From NCBI RefSeq assembly GCF_000002075.1, contig NW_004797971.1:92743-156742 (forward strand): a DNA stretch of 64,000 nucleotides. Reading direction: 5' to 3'. Source of the DNA: Aplysia californica. Its lineage: Eukaryota. Positions 32,550-47,700 of this stretch are shown in pieces (position 1 is the first letter of the stretch; each line of letters starts with the position of its first letter). Made by a program: the position numbers and the translations under genes. The notes below the pieces were generated by a model. It was not told where the DNA came from. It did not search any database and saw only the letters and a list, made by a program, of their open reading frames with translations.

Positions 32550-34020
32550 CGGTGTCCCGTGTGACAGATGACACAATAGTTTCCTTCAAAAAGGCAATTT
32601 GAGCATGCACATACATGTTTTTCTTGCATGAGATTATTGATTATATGTAAAATCAACTAACAAATGCCAAGTTGACAGAAAACTTAACAATTTTATTGGG
32701 TTTGGGTGTGCATGTTCGTGGTCATCAGTCACATGGGACACCGTATAGATTTTGTCAATTTTGCTATCTGTTCCTATTTTGTCATTCATACTTGATTTGG
32801 TTTGTACAAGCTTAGGCAAAGGAGCAGTTTGCCCATTCCAATCTCACATCACAACACACTTGATGATTCTTCACGACGGACACTGTTAGTGTCTCTTGTG
32901 ACACCACTATAATGACAACAAAAGAAACCGCACGAAGAACAACAGTCAATAAAACAACCAAACAAGTCTGATAGTCATACAAGCACTTTTTATTAAAGGT
33001 TGTTTCGATGGCTTGGGGTACCGAACACGTAGCTCTGCAAAACAAGGAACAGGGAAATGTTATTCCCAGGAACCATAGAATGTCCCATAAAAACAAATAA
33101 AATCAAACCTACCTTCTACTTTGAAATTTAAGTGTGAAAAATGGTATTGTAACAATTTTCCTATAATAATAATATTACATTGCAAGACAAAAATTTCATC
33201 CTGATGAGTCTAAATGGAAAAACACAGACTGGCACGTTGACGGTTGTGGTCATCAAATCTTGGTGTCACATGGGACACTAGAATTAAAGAGAGTGAGAAC
33301 AATTTTGTTTTTGTTTACATGGCATTGTTCGTAATGAGCCACAATAACACATTTATTTTTATTGAAAAATAAAAGATTGGGTTTACTGGGCTGTGCTTTA
33401 CTTTATCAGGCTTAAAAGTGTCTCGTGCTTCACATGACCACAACACCATGATGTCATCAATTTCTGGGGCTTTTTTTTTCATACATGTTTTACATTGATG
33501 TCTTAAATGAGCTCTAAATTACATGGACTGGAATAAAGAAACTATACAGCAAAGAGCAAAGCTAAGTTTTCAATGGTAGGTTTTTCCCTACATAATGCAG
33601 TGTCTCATGTGACAAAATAGTTTCCCGTGTGACAGATCAATTTTTGATGACCTCAAGAAAACTCTTACTAGTCTTATCCTCGCTGTCTCCAGTCATCTTG
33701 AACAAAGGGAAACCTCTGTGTTCCAGGCCATTGGGAGCTCCCTCTCAATAAAAAGATTGGACTTGACCAAAGCGAAAGAAATCTTGATGGAGTATGGGCT
33801 TCGGTGTCCCATGTGACAGAAATGACCCAAATAATCTCTGAGCGAATTGGTTCAACATCAGAGATAAGACTGTCATAAAACTCACACATTATTACTCCTT
33901 GAGTATATCTTTTTTTTTAGTAAGGCATTTACATTCTCTATACCCTTGTTCATTTTACTTACAAATTATTTTTAAAAAACCTAGGACTCTGATGATGACA
34001 AGGTGTGTCACATGGGACAC
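32550..34020. repeat. Dispersed copies of TGTCACATGGGACAC in both orientations, probably internal to a DNA transposon
   Basis: Copies near 32552, 32728, 33264, 33600, 33622, 33804 and 34006. Confidence 0.65.
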
Positions 34021-34714
34021 CCATATTTCAGACTGTCTTTGCTTAAAACACAAAACCCTGAGATGATTTTGAAGTTTATGGGAAGCTAATTTAGTGTCTA
34101 AATAACCATTAGGCAAATGTTCGTGTGCAGACGCTTAAATATGTCTAAGTTATGATGGTTCTGGTTAGGGCACTGTCTGAAATAGTGTATAGCACCTCGA
34201 AATATGCAGTCGACCGAAACTTCATTTTCTTACAGAATATTTCAAACCTGTTTATAATCAACAAGCTATCTCTGGCTATCTCTTTGTCCATTTCTCCAGC
34301 TAATTCATCTATGCTTTGCCAGAAAATGCAATATAAAAAAAGCAGTGACTATTTAAAGTATGCCACTAAATCAAGGTCACCTTTTGACTGTCCTCAGAGA
34401 AAGTTGCATTTGAAAATAGCAAAAGTTGCAAGAAAAATTAACAAAAGTTGCAAGAAAAGTTTTAAAGACATGTACGTGTATAGCTAAAACAATGCCACGG
34501 AACTATTGGAATACATTGTTGCTATGCTCATAGCAATCAAAAGTAACCAATGTGAGCTTTGTTAGATCAAAATCAGAAGTTAAATGTGAATGTCTACCCC
34601 AAAAATAAAACTGCATGGGGGTTGCATGGTGTAGAAAAACAGTTTGTCCCTGACACATGCGTCAGGTCCTTACACTCTCGCTGACGTTGGGCAGGTGTGA
34701 CCAGCGTGGTTTTG

Positions 34715-35338
34715 GGGCTGTTCAAATATAATCTTACACTTTTTAAAAACTTTCCTGCCCCCCCCCCCCCCGAAACCTCGTAATATTACGTTATTTGCTT
34801 ATAACATTCATATATGACATTTATATTGCGCAAATCAGAGTTACTATCACTCTTCTATGCGCTTTACTTTTAAATGATTGATTATAGTATAGTATTCATG
34901 AAAAACATGAATAGATCTACACACATGTGACATAATAATTAAATACGCTTAAAGCGGAGCTTTTCCAGAAAAACGTACTTTGTCATTTTACCACTTTAAC
35001 CGCACCGGTGTAATAAAAATTAGACTAGATCTACATGTCATGTAGCCCAGATATCTACCAGTACCAGAGTATAAAGTGCGAGATGACATTATTTTATCGT
35101 GCTTGCCGCCACAATGCCGTGCTTACAGCTCGAACTTACTCTAAGTGAAGAGTGTGGTTACTCTTTGTCATATATTATATTTTCCTTCATTATTTTTTCA
35201 CCTTACAAAAATGTAATCTTACATTGGTTCAACCCCCCCCCCCTCCCATCTTACACTTTACTTTTACAGGAGTCAAAGACTACCCCCCCCCCCTTTTTTT
35301 TTTTTAGAGGCGCAAGATGATATTTTTTAAACAGCCCC
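34715..35338. mobile_element. PIF/Harbinger-like MITE
   Basis: Ends GGGGCTGTTCAAATATAATCTT / AAGATGATATTTTTTAAACAGCCCC. Confidence 0.55.
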
Positions 35339-35420
35339 TTTAGGTGTTTTCTGGACGAATCGATCCATGTCTAGATTAGCCTCCTAGCCTAAGATTTAAA
35401 GTCTTTCACAAATTTTTATA

Positions 35421-36218
35421 CAGTTCGTGCCGGCTTTAAGCACGCCGGCGTTAAAGCACGTTTCGGACTCAAGCACGCTAAAAGGCTCTTACCGAATTTT
35501 TGCGATATAAATTACACGCCTTTAAGCACGGTAACTTCGGCTTCAAGCACGCTTCATTTACAAGACAGTCAATATTTTCATGATGACCCGTCGAAGTTCG
35601 AACACAGTCTACACCGCAGCAGTGGAATGTGTCAAGAGAAAAACGAAGAACGCAAGTGATGGACACACACACTCACACGGGCAGAGAGGAGTGCAGATGC
35701 ACACAGCCGCGCGCGCGGACATAGGATCTAGCCTAGGGCAAAGCTACACACTACACACGACTACAAAAAAAAAAAAAAAATACAAAGAGAGTCGGGGAGA
35801 CGAGAAAGGGAGGTTGGCTGCGATTTCACCTTTGATCCTCGCTATCCAGTAATCCTGATTGTGTATCACGCGCGAGGTGGGATGAAGGCGGTGGTATGAG
35901 TGGCACAGCGGGCAGTGGCACGCACAGGCAGTGTGTAGGCCTAGTGTGCTGTATCGTGACTGGCCGTCTAAATTAAGTTATCATTTCCCATTCTACCACA
36001 CAACAAAACAAACAAGCGAACAAAAACTACCAAGGCGGGTGTCTAAATAACAGTGCACACTTTTTCGGGACCGCTATAGGTCTACATGTACTTACAAACA
36101 AAGGGAAATAGCACGGGGAATTTTCTACATGAAAATCTCTGGATTATGTCTACTTCGCACTCAAGCACGCACGCCTAAGCTTTCTCCCGACGACCGTGCT
36201 TAAAGCCGGCATGGACTG
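35421..36218. mobile_element. Tigger/pogo-type MITE
   Basis: TA TSD; TIR CAGTYCRTGCCGGCTTTAAGCACG; inverted copy at 44837-45606. Confidence 0.85.
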
Positions 36219-38576
36219 TAACAACTCACTATGCTCACAATCTGAGAAGATTTAAAGATTTTTGATTATTTCGTGCAGCACCAGAACTTGCTACACAATA
36301 AAGCCAAAGGGAGACAAGTTTCGATACCCATTCTTCCTTGAGTTACTGTAGACTCTATACTCTATAGTGTAGTAGATAGGCTAGCGGAAACTTGGATCAA
36401 ATTTTTAGCTTGCACCAAATTGGTGCTGCGAAGAGCAGTTTCATTTTCATGCACCTTCCTTCTTGTGCGGAAGAACGATGCCTAGATTTCTCTACAGTGA
36501 CAAAAATAACTTTGGTGCAAAGATTTTGCTTGCTGCCAGCAGCCACAACCGCAAGCGGTGCGACGAGCCGTCTGTTTCTTCACTGGCGCAGCCAGCGGGT
36601 GACAGATCGTAAGGATGTAGTAGTAGTAGGCCTAATGTAGATGTTTAGAGCATTGACAGGTTTAGAACAATTAGAAAAAAAAAGGGGGGGGGGGGGTGTG
36701 TGTGTGTCTGAAGACCAGGGTTAGGTGGAGCGCTTGCACCAATGGCCTCCGCCACTGATTACGAGATCGAACTCGGGGATCTAGATTCCTATATATATAT
36801 AATAAAATGTAATATAACATTATATAATTTAATACATGTATAATATAATATAATATAATATACAGTCAAACCAAGTTGTACCACCCCTGTAGAGTACCGC
36901 CAGGTTTTGCCAAAATATGAAAAGAGTTCGCTATATAAACATAGCTTTTGCTCCTTTTCACTGTTATCCAAAAATCCACCAACTTTCTCAGGTGTATGGT
37001 CTTGGTCAATTTACTCTAAATTTACCCCGCGGGCCCGTTGTACCGCCAGCGAACTGGCTGCCAGAAGTACACAGTAGCCTACACTCTATGCTACAGATGG
37101 CACACGGCACGTCTGCTTGGTGATTGCTTGACAGTCTTTACTTACACACACAAGCCAGGCCTAGATCAAACGCTTTTCGGCGATTTGCAAGGGAACACAA
37201 TACAATGTGTAATGCAGAAGAGCACAATCAAAATAAAACATAACATTGGTATTCATCATCAAATTTTGCTCATCTAAATTTGATGCGCTGATAACGGAAG
37301 TTGAAAGTGATACAATGTATTATTTTTAGGCCTTTGTCAAGTCAATATATCCACAATAAACGTGTTTTTTTTTGGGTTTTTAAGTCATTAAATTTTAAAG
37401 TCGCCTGGAGAAATTTAAAAGGGAACCTAGTATTATATATAGCCAACTTGGCCCCGCGGCCAAATATCAGGCCTTTAACTTTAACTTCCAATACAGGCGA
37501 ATGCCAAAGGGGCTTTTAATAAATTAGTGAGTACTCACAACCAAGTCTAAGTGACATATCGAAGGGAGATAATGCATTAATTCATCTTGTGATTGGTAAA
37601 GAAGTTCCCTTGACATTGGGCAATCGGAAGTTCACGTAATTGAGGACATGGAAAACTCCGTTGTACCGCCAGCCCCGCTGTACTTGTACTGCCAACTTTC
37701 TCTCGTCCCAAAAGCCATATAACAGGGTTTGAAAAATATAATACATTATATAATAATATAGCCGAAATGTTGTTATAACCGAGACTGATTTAGTATAAAT
37801 TGACTGTTCTAAAAAATAGACGTCATATGGTTTTGCATCTGGAGTTTCTGGAAGCTTGCCATCCAAGAAACTTCACTCATGTAGTAGAAAAGTGACAAGA
37901 GGAAAAACTATTTTCAGAACTACAACCATCGTTCTCTATGGAGTTGCAAAAGAAACCAGGCACCTGGCACATACTAGAAGAAAAAAAGAAAAGCTACAGA
38001 AAATCAAACTTATTCGTGGTGATTACACCCCCACACCCCCCAATAAGCCCGCAACAACTTTACAACCGAAAACCATCCACTTAAGGCAGTTCTCTGACCA
38101 AAGCATTGTGTTGTTTTGACAGACAGTACAGTATAAATTCAGCAGCCATTGAGCCTAAGCAATCACATGACTAAGCACAGAGGCTTTTCTGAAGTTCTAT
38201 CCGAAATAGACGTAAAAGTTAAAAGCCAAAATTTCTTTAGAATATTACAGATTTCGAAGGGTTTGCAAGCAATTCTCAGACTCGATGAAGCAACTAACTT
38301 TCGAAAAAACATTGAGCACAAATAAGGATTAGAAGAATAAAGGAAACAAGAATACAATTCAAAATCAAAATTTATTTGACTGTGCAAAGTTCACATATGG
38401 AAACCAATAAAATAAACATGTGAATATTTAATTATATACATTCGTGCCCTGCATAACTGCTAATACAGTCAAAATCATGCATTCATCTTATCATTAATAC
38501 ATGTACATAATAATGTTTGTGAACTGAATGTCTGAAGTGAGCATGCAATCATACAACCATAAACAGGCCCATGTAA

Positions 38577-38702
38577 TTATGTCTGCTGGTTAAAATTAAC
38601 TACTCCGCTTGGGTCCACACTAAATCTACTGGGATCAAAAGGTTGTCCTTTGAAGGGTGATCCCTCTGCATCCCACGCTTTCCTTAGCATCTCATGAGTT
38701 TT
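38577..38702 (-). CDS. NUDCD3: NUDCD3 exon 8
   Basis: KTHEMLRKAWDAEGSPFKGQPFDPSRFSVDPSGVVNFNQQT*. Confidence 0.95.
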   Translation of the reverse strand, partial: KTHEMLRKAWDAEGSPFKGQPFDPSRFSVDPSGVVNFNQQT

Positions 38703-41700
38703 CTGAGGAAACAAGACAAAGCATCATGTGTGATTAAATTTAGGAAAAACATGAGTAAATAAGCATAAGAAAAAAACAACCCTACTGTGACACTGCACAG
38801 GAATTTAGCAATGAGAAAGCAAACCTTCCAAACTGAAGCCATGATTTGAAGAGATACATACAGTAATCTTCGCCGAAATGTACGCCATACAAAAGTACGC
38901 TCTCATGCTCAGCTCAAACGCATGCTTTTGTCACTAAAATATCAAGGAAATGAGAAGAGTGCGTCTCTTTCTCCTTTCGCACAGGTTCATGCAAACGCAC
39001 ACTCCGTATAAACATACGCTAAGGAGCCCTCCCGAGCACCGTACGTTTAAGTTTAAGCGGAGACTACTGTATGACATACAGTTAAATCCTGATAACATGG
39101 GTGCTTTCATGACAGAGAATGAGGTTCACTTTCCACCAACGCAATGGGCAGAGAGAACAACCTTTCTCCACACGTACCAGGACGGGCTACATGAGTGTAA
39201 TAACTGTGGCAAAAATACACAAACCATTATGAAATTTTCAGCATATTGAGAAAAGAGAACATGATGATTGTATGTTCACCAAAAAGAGAATTAGAATCGG
39301 AACTAAAAACATTAGATAAAGCACAATCATCACCCGCATTCTCATCATGGCATAAGTGTAAAGCAGCGCTCATGCTAGGTCTACATGACAGAAAAATTTA
39401 TTACTTACTCCAATGGTTGTAAACAAACTGATTTTTTACCCCAAAGGCCAAACAAACCATTCAGAAAGGAAATTATAACTTTAACAAGTGCGCATGTCTA
39501 AAAGGAGATAATTGCTACACCATTTATGCTGCAATAGCACACTGTGGCCGATTGGCATCCCGTGAGGGAAAGGGATGACTTCTTACTGTCGCCGATCTGC
39601 GTCCCATGGGGACAAAGCGTAAAAGGGAAGGTGCAGCTGTTTACTTGATTACTTTCCACACTACAACTCAGTTTCAGAAGAGCCATAAAAAAGTGAGCAC
39701 ATCAAAAGTGATGATGAAAATACGAAAAACTATAAAATTAGGTAGAAAATGCAGCATGGTTTTTCTGAAAAGAATGAATCATAATCATCTTTTACATCCA
39801 GTTTGACCTAATCCTTCTCAAAACGTGCCATATGAGAGCTAACTTTCTCTACAATACATACCACTTCATGTGACTGGGGCAGTCCTAGTTGTTTCTGTCT
39901 CTGATTGAACATCATTTCTTCAATTTTGGCTTGAGCCTCATCATCAAGGTCCGTCATTGGCCGACTGCAATCTATTTTCTTGGTATTGATTTTTGGCTCA
40001 TCAGTAAAGACATTTTCCCACCACCTCTCTTGCTTTTTCTCCAAGTTAATCTGAAAAGATGAATTTTGAAAAAATTAATGAAAATATGGCAGACAGAAAG
40101 TTTAAAATCATGCCCTTATGATATCAGCATACCGACAAGAAGCGCATCGTTGAAAACTCGAAAAAGAACCTTGCCTAACTAAGAAAAAGTACAAATGAAA
40201 CCCATTGCTAGCGACTTTTCCTGAGGTGTTCATTCAGTAAAAATCAGCTATTCCTCTGAGCTTCGATGAGGACATATCTGTACATGACATCCAGGAACCA
40301 TCTGCTCATCATTAATGTCTTATCACTTTGGGAGGGATTAGGCCACTGAAAAATGATTTTCATACTTTTTTGTCTTGGCAAGCTTTCCCAATTGACTTTC
40401 GTTGTGTCCAATCTTCAACACATCCTTCTCCATATAAAGTTTCCACATCTCCCATGCCCTATCCCTGCCTCTTGTTCCTTGAGAATTCTACTGTGCTTGT
40501 CCGGGGTTTAAAATTTTTTTTCAAAGAGTGTCCAATCCAGCAGCAGCAACACAGCCTTTCGTTGCTCATCGGCAGAGGTTGCGGCTAAATGAAATTTCCG
40601 AATGGGGTAGATTTAGTCTGGACCCACCTACTCCCTTCACACACATGTGCAAATGTTAAGTCCTAAACACAAGATGTGGGGAAGTCGTTACACTGGAAAG
40701 TGAAAATATAGGCAGCATAGTGGCTGAGTTTCCACCATACCCAGAGCTTGAGCTTGTTATTTCAAGTGAGCCGATACTCGACCACAGGGCTGTGATGTTA
40801 TGCACAGTAATCCAAGACTTTCTACTCAGCCTGGGTATTCATGAAGAAGGGGAGTGAACTGCTCTCCTGTACTCCACACTGAAGTGTATTTTTTTTTTGC
40901 CCCAAGTTGTTGGGTGTTGTGAGAAGATAAACTAGTAGGTACCAGAAACTAAATTTTCAAAGTAGCTGTATGCCAAATTTATCTGTTCCATTTGAAAGGC
41001 CTATATCCACTGAGCATTTTGGTACCATTCTTTAACCTCTAAGTCAATTTTTAAGAAAATGGTAGTTGTTTAAACTTTGATCAAATTTGTTAAAGTCAGT
41101 CACTGGCTGCAACCCCAAGTTTGACAGATAATAAAAGAGTACCAAGTGCACTAAACATCACCACACTAACAGAATACAATCACTATAACATATTATATAT
41201 GGAGCCTAATTTTTTTCAAGACTGAGATCATTACAAATCAGTATTTTATCACCTCAAACACGATGATCTGTCGTTATTTTGACAATAACACTGAGTGTTG
41301 ACCCGCTGGCGCCGCCCCCGCGGCGAGCGAGTGGGCCACATGCTTTCCAAGTTTCCGAGTTTCGCGGAAGGATTGATGAAAAAATAATTCTAAGCTGATT
41401 ACTTTATTCTAATAGAAAATGAATTGATCTTTTTGTTGGTACCTTTTTTGAGCCAGTATTTTACATATTTCGTGTAAAAAATGATCTTTGAAAATTTTGA
41501 CGGTATTTTTAAAGGCTTTGTATTTAAACGCCAAAGGCCCAAAATATACCATGGGAAAGCCCGTTCAAAGCTCTACAGTTCTCCGCCAATGAAAAGACGG
41601 TATTTAATCATCCCTCTTTCCGCGAAGCATTTGAATGCACACATGTCAATTTTTTAACTGGCTGACCACGAATTCCGAACGCGAGGGGCTTCGCTTTCGT

Positions 41701-44700
41701 CGGCGATTCTCCAGCTCCTAATAATCGGACATATAAACAACTTACACCATTGTAACGTGGAAAAACTGAACTTTTACAAAGTGTACAGCATTTGGTGTTT
41801 TATAGCGAAAAAGCAAAGAAACAGCGATCGGATATTACCCTGATTTCACCGATACCACGCGGTCGGAAGGCCGCGACTGCTAGCGAGGCCGTGTTTGTGC
41901 GACCTACTTACTGTAATCACTGGCAAAACTTACATGCACAAACTCTCCTGGACTAAGGGTCCACATGGATTCTTCTTTGTCAACGTCCCACGAGAGTTCA
42001 CTGTTCACAAGATCTCTCCAGCTTCCATCACTCTCCTGCAGTGCTACATGGATATGCTTAGACTTGATGTCCACTTTCATCTGTTTGCCTTTTACAATGG
42101 ACTTTGGTACCTAAAGATAAAAAAGAATGACCAGACTACAAAGTGACAAGAAAATAACAGTAACTTCCTCAGGAAAAAAACAGAGCACAAAACATGTCAA
42201 AACTGTAATGAAAATGTGATCTACTTTCAAGGAAACGTTTACAGGGCACAGACAAAAAAAATATTACTGCTGACGGTTTATTAAAATGATTAAAAATAAC
42301 AAGTCCTCGCCATCTCCATAAATCTCTAATTTAACTTTTAATCATATATGCGTATAAAAATTTGTAGGAGCACACTGCCGTGACTTCACTGTAATATTTT
42401 TCCGAGTTAGTTGGCGTTTTCAATAGTGTAAACTTCTTACTGTTAATTGCACAATACATAAAATTGAACTCACTGTACCCAATATATCATGAAAAAACAT
42501 AATCAAAGGACGCTTCTGTGCTTATAATCACCTTCACTCTGACATCAACCTCTGTTATGTTTTGAGACCAGAAGTAGGCTTCTCTTTCGGCACCATTGTA
42601 AGTCAGTGGATTGGCTTGAAGTTCTCTTCTTTGTCTGAAATATTCATTTGAATATTATAGTTTTAAAAAACCCAACCAAAAACTCTAACATATATTTATG
42701 GTCATGAAAATGAATGATGCGATAGCTATACACAATTCGTTCACATCATCTTGTCTCGAAGCAAATAGTACCAAAAAAAGACAATAACTGCGACCAGAGT
42801 AATAGATTTCAATTTAAGTGACAATTTATGTTATAAAAATTTGCTGTAAGTGGACGCCAGTAAGTTTTGTTTTAGTAGAGTTTTTACGGCGCTTGCAACT
42901 GCATAAGGCAAAGGTCATATGAGCGCCAAGGGGTAAATGTCAACAGAGAAGTCCTTACAGGGAATCAGGCTTACTCTGCTCACCTCTCTAGCTTCAAAAG
43001 CACAAAGTCAGCTTCAACTATCAAGGCACCCCGGAAAAAGTGGGTCACAAGAGTGTGACAACATACAAAACAAGTACAGGAAAATGACGATAGTAAGATT
43101 AGGAAAGAAAAAGCAGCAGTTCACTGTTGCAGTTCAGTGCCAAATGTCCGTTATAGCAAGATTCTCTGTATAAGGGATCCAGTAATAAATTCAAGGGAAA
43201 TAGTAAAGTAGGCCTAATCTATGAGTCTGGTTTACGGTTTATTTCTTTTTGTAATCTCCCCTGCTGATGATTTGGTTCAACATGACCTTTAAGTCAAAAG
43301 TCGAATAAGGTTTCTTTCTATAGCGCTAGCGATGTTGACAGCTTGGCATTGGCCATCAGAAAGTTCTCTAGGCTAACTCACCCGCTGTGTTGTCCCCCAC
43401 CCTACCACACCCTGAGGTGCGTTCCGTCTGCTTGCGTACAATGGGAACATACCACACTCCGCCCACGTCACTCATTCGCTCCGTCCATCACAGTGCAGGA
43501 CTATGACCTCTCCATCTCTGCATCAGAGAAGTGAGAGGCATGGTTGGCCTAGATAATCTAGGCTAGGATGGCCTATCAAACCACGAGTTCTGCTTGTCTG
43601 TGCATGCCACACACTCCCCACTCATTCGATCCAGCCTTCATTGTTGGCACATGTGGGCTCTCCCATTCTTTGTTTCGCAAGATAACCAACAAGTTTCTCA
43701 ACTGGCGAAGTTTTGCATATGAAAAAATGGCATATGCGCTGTGCACAGCCTCAGCTATATTCCGTTATAACCGACTCGCGTGTTCGTCTGATTGCGGTAT
43801 AGCAGTATTTGATATACAAAGATAGAGAAGGGACAAAAAACGGGGTTTTAGAATAGTGTCTTTATAACAGACTTTCAGTTATTTCAGGACTCGTTATAAA
43901 TGGATTCCACTGTAATACCATGGCAATTGGAACTGAAATTCAGGGGCATGAGACTTAATAAAATCAGAACCCAAATCATGATGATATAAAGTTATTCATC
44001 ATCTGAGGAAGGTAGTCACTCAAGAACTGACAATTAAGACAATACATTGAGACAAAACACAAAAGTTTTAATTACTTCAAAAGACTAGACAAATATCTGG
44101 TTATTAGATTCAGGACTGAGCATCTTTTGCAATCATTTGTAACATTACATTTACGGTTAGACACAACTTGCCAACATCATACCTTGCAAGTTCAGGATCC
44201 TCCTCATCTTCCCCATCTCCAGATTTACTCTCACTGCTTTTCGCATTTTGTGTTTCAGATTCAGAAGACGTCTCCATTTGCTCCACCCTGTCTCCTTCTC
44301 CCTGAGGCTCAGAGGAGGCAACGGCAGATTCTTCTTGTCCCCTCTTATCCTGATCATTGGCACCAGATGTTCCTTGGCATAATGGAGCTGGGAGGGGACA
44401 TTTTTTTTTCCAGTTATACAGTCAAATTCACTTGTTTAAACTGTCAGAACTGCTCTTTTAATCTGCTCTTCTTCATGATTGACTAGAATAGTGCCTATAC
44501 ACCTTTTGTGTCTATTTGAAAATACATTCTTGCATGTATTTTACTGAAAAACATTGTTCAAAGGCACAAAAAAAAGAAGAACATTTGCAGTTTTCAAGTG
44601 CACTACAGCTTTGGAAATCACCAAATTTTGGAGGCAATTTTCTCTCTAATTCATAATATACCCCTCACACCAGGCAACCAATCAATTTAAAGGCAAATGA

Positions 44701-47700
44701 GTATTTTAAAAATCAAAAGCAAGGCAAATGAGCAGGTTTTAACAATAACGCATATGCCCCAAAATTGACGAGAGCCTAATTTCACCACATTGTGACACAT
44801 TTTAGATTTCATGAATTGAGTGACTTTTTCTTAGTACAGTCCATGCCGGCTCTAAGCATGGTAATCGGGAGAAAGCATAAGCGTGCTTGAGTGCGAAGTA
44901 GACATAATCCAGAGATTTTCATGTAGAAAATTTCCCTTTGTTCATAAGTCTTGGTGTCGCAAACGTGTGAGCTCTCATTATTACCCGCCATGGTAATTTT
45001 TAAGAATTTGTTTAAAGTATTTTTTAAAAAAATTTATCCTGGTAATAACAGAGTACAAAAAATCAATTTTAAAAAGCATGAAATGAAAGCCTGTGTGTAA
45101 CTTTGCCCCACGCTAGATCCTACGTCCACGCGCGTGGCTGTGTGAATATCTCTGCCAGCCTTCCTCTTTGTGTGTGTGGGTCCTCATCACCTGCATTCTT
45201 TGTGGTTCTCAACACACTCACTGCTGCGGTGTAGACTGTGTTCGAACTTCGATGGGTCATCATGAAAGTACAAATGTGGGTGGTTGGCAGGTGCTCTGGT
45301 GTGGCTTGCTCCTTCTTTCCTATCAAATATCTATCGTCTTTATCTCCCCTTCTTCTTTTTTATGTTTGTTACTCCCTTGTAACACTTCTAATCTTTTGGC
45401 GTTCATATGATCTTATTTAGTTGTGAGTGCCGTAAAATCTCTACCAAAAATAAATAAAAATTAAGTACAAATGAAGCGTGCCCGAAGCCGAAGTTATCAT
45501 GCTTAAAGGAGCGTAAATTATATAGCAAAAATTTGGTAAGAGCCATTTAGAGTGCTTGAGTCCGAAATGTGTTCCATGCCAGTGTGTTTAAAGCCGGCAC
45601 GGACTGTACCTTATTGAAGCATATCATATTGATATTTTCAGAATTAAATAATAAACCAAAGAACACCTCTTTATCCAGCGATAGAAAAATACCCAGGACT
45701 TCTCTTAAATACAAAACGTGCACCACTAATTTTGTTATTAAAAAAAAAAAAAAAGAACCCCACATTAGCATAATAAGCAAAAAATTCAATTTGCACCTTG
45801 ACTTGGTTCTGTGGGGGTTTGCATATTTGAGGCTTCACTTTGTTGTTCTTGAGTTTCTTGCTTCTTTTTTCTTGCCTGTCTCATCTGATCAGCCTTCTCA
45901 GAATCCTTCTGAGCTAATATTTCATACTTTTTGAAAATCTGAAGAGAATATTGTGTATCAAAATATTTTAGCAACATACAAGACAGATTATATTATAAAG
46001 CAATGTGATGAAATTAACAACTTCTTCAACTGACACTGGACGAGATTGGAATTTTAGTAAAAGTCAGACAGTAGCAAGAGAAGTTACCTCTCTTTTTTTT
46101 AAGCAATGAGTATTTCACTGCCACATCAGCTCCACTGTGACTATGGCATTTACTGTGAAAGAACCTTGAGAAAGAAGTCAACACACACACACACACAAAA
46201 ACAATCCTGCCCCCCCAAAAAAAAAACAACAACCCCAAAACCTTCCTAGTAACACCTCTTCTATAGCATCATAAGCCTCCTCCCCCTCCCCCAATGGTAA
46301 GGTTATATTTCATTTATCCTTCCCTCTAAACAGTTTATAGCAATAAATTACATATGATGTACATCCCAGGATCACAAATCTTAAGTCTAAGAAATTGGTT
46401 AATTATACCATCCCTATTTCATCTGTTAAATGACCTCTGTCATCATCATGAACACGTTATCTAATAACTCGCTTTGCAAAAAATTTGATCATGCTGTCAG
46501 TTTCCCGTTAAAAGTCTTCGTCTCATGCATTACAAACATAAAACTATAAATTATAAAGAAATAAAAACTTCCATTGGGATCTCAGTTTTTAAAATATCAG
46601 TGTCTCCATAACCAAGACGGACCAACTGAGTACAAATAAAAATTCTGAATTTTTCCGACCCCTTTAGAAACATGTGCATAGGGACTCAAAATTATGGATC
46701 ATAAAATTACTATCATCTAATACATCTGGCACCAAAACTATCTATACTATATATATAGATCTATACATATATGAAGAGCAATATGACATCATTTATAATA
46801 TCAGGTACATACTTTGGTCCAAACAATTTTACTACAGAAACCTGGATCCTGAAAATAGGCACCTTTGAATGATGTTCTTCTGAGCTCAGCTTTCTAAAAT
46901 ATACACTTCACATTTATAAAATTTACCTTCTGACACTTCACTGGAAACACAGTTACAATTCTCTTTATTATCTTAGTCTTAGCTATGGGACAAAAATTAA
47001 CATCTACTCAAAGATATTTCGCAAAACATTTAAAAAGTAAAGGAGTTATCTTCTAAATCTTTAAAATATCATCATCTCTGATTCAGTGCACAGTGATAAT
47101 ATCATCTGCTTCAATTCTCACCAGATTTGTTTAAAAAAGAACAAACTTAAAATGAGCTTACATTTTTAAGCAATTTATAGGCCACACCAGGAGGGAAACC
47201 AAGTCTGTCAGTGTCAGTTTTCATTATCCGAAAGAAGTCAGTCCTGATGGAAGAAGGGGAAACAAGATTAAAACCTCTGGAGAAGAAAGTTCATATATAC
47301 AGTTAAACACGGCTATAGCCGGACTTTTGGTTCCAGGAGAAAAATTCCGCTGTAAGCGAGTTCCCACTAAAGGAATGCAAAATGGAAATCATCGAAAAAT
47401 TTCTAAAAATCCACATGATTACACCCCTTCCATATCTCAATAAAATTTGTGCTTTAGATTAGTCTTCCTTTTCTTGTCAACTTCATTGACTATCTCGGCC
47501 TTTAATTCGAGTGAGAATGATTTCCTTTAATCTTTTTTGGAAGCCATCTTTTCCTCGGTTTGTTGCTTGTGCTGTCTATCGTACCTGTAGGCCTACTGTA
47601 GAACTGAGGAAGAGGATGCATGCGTATGCCTATGAGCATCTACAATCGCAATTCAATGAAACAGGAATCACAAACTACACGATCTCCTTTTCTTTTACTT

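Noticed and set aside
33196-33240. Hammerhead ribozyme core CTGATGAG (also minus strand at ~59640-59665)
   Set aside because: No GAAA after a proper stem II and no supporting stems I and III
40934-41910. Possible Academ-like element in NUDCD3 intron 6
   Set aside because: End similarity (TAGTAGGT.. / ..ACCTACTTA) is too short and no TSD could be assigned
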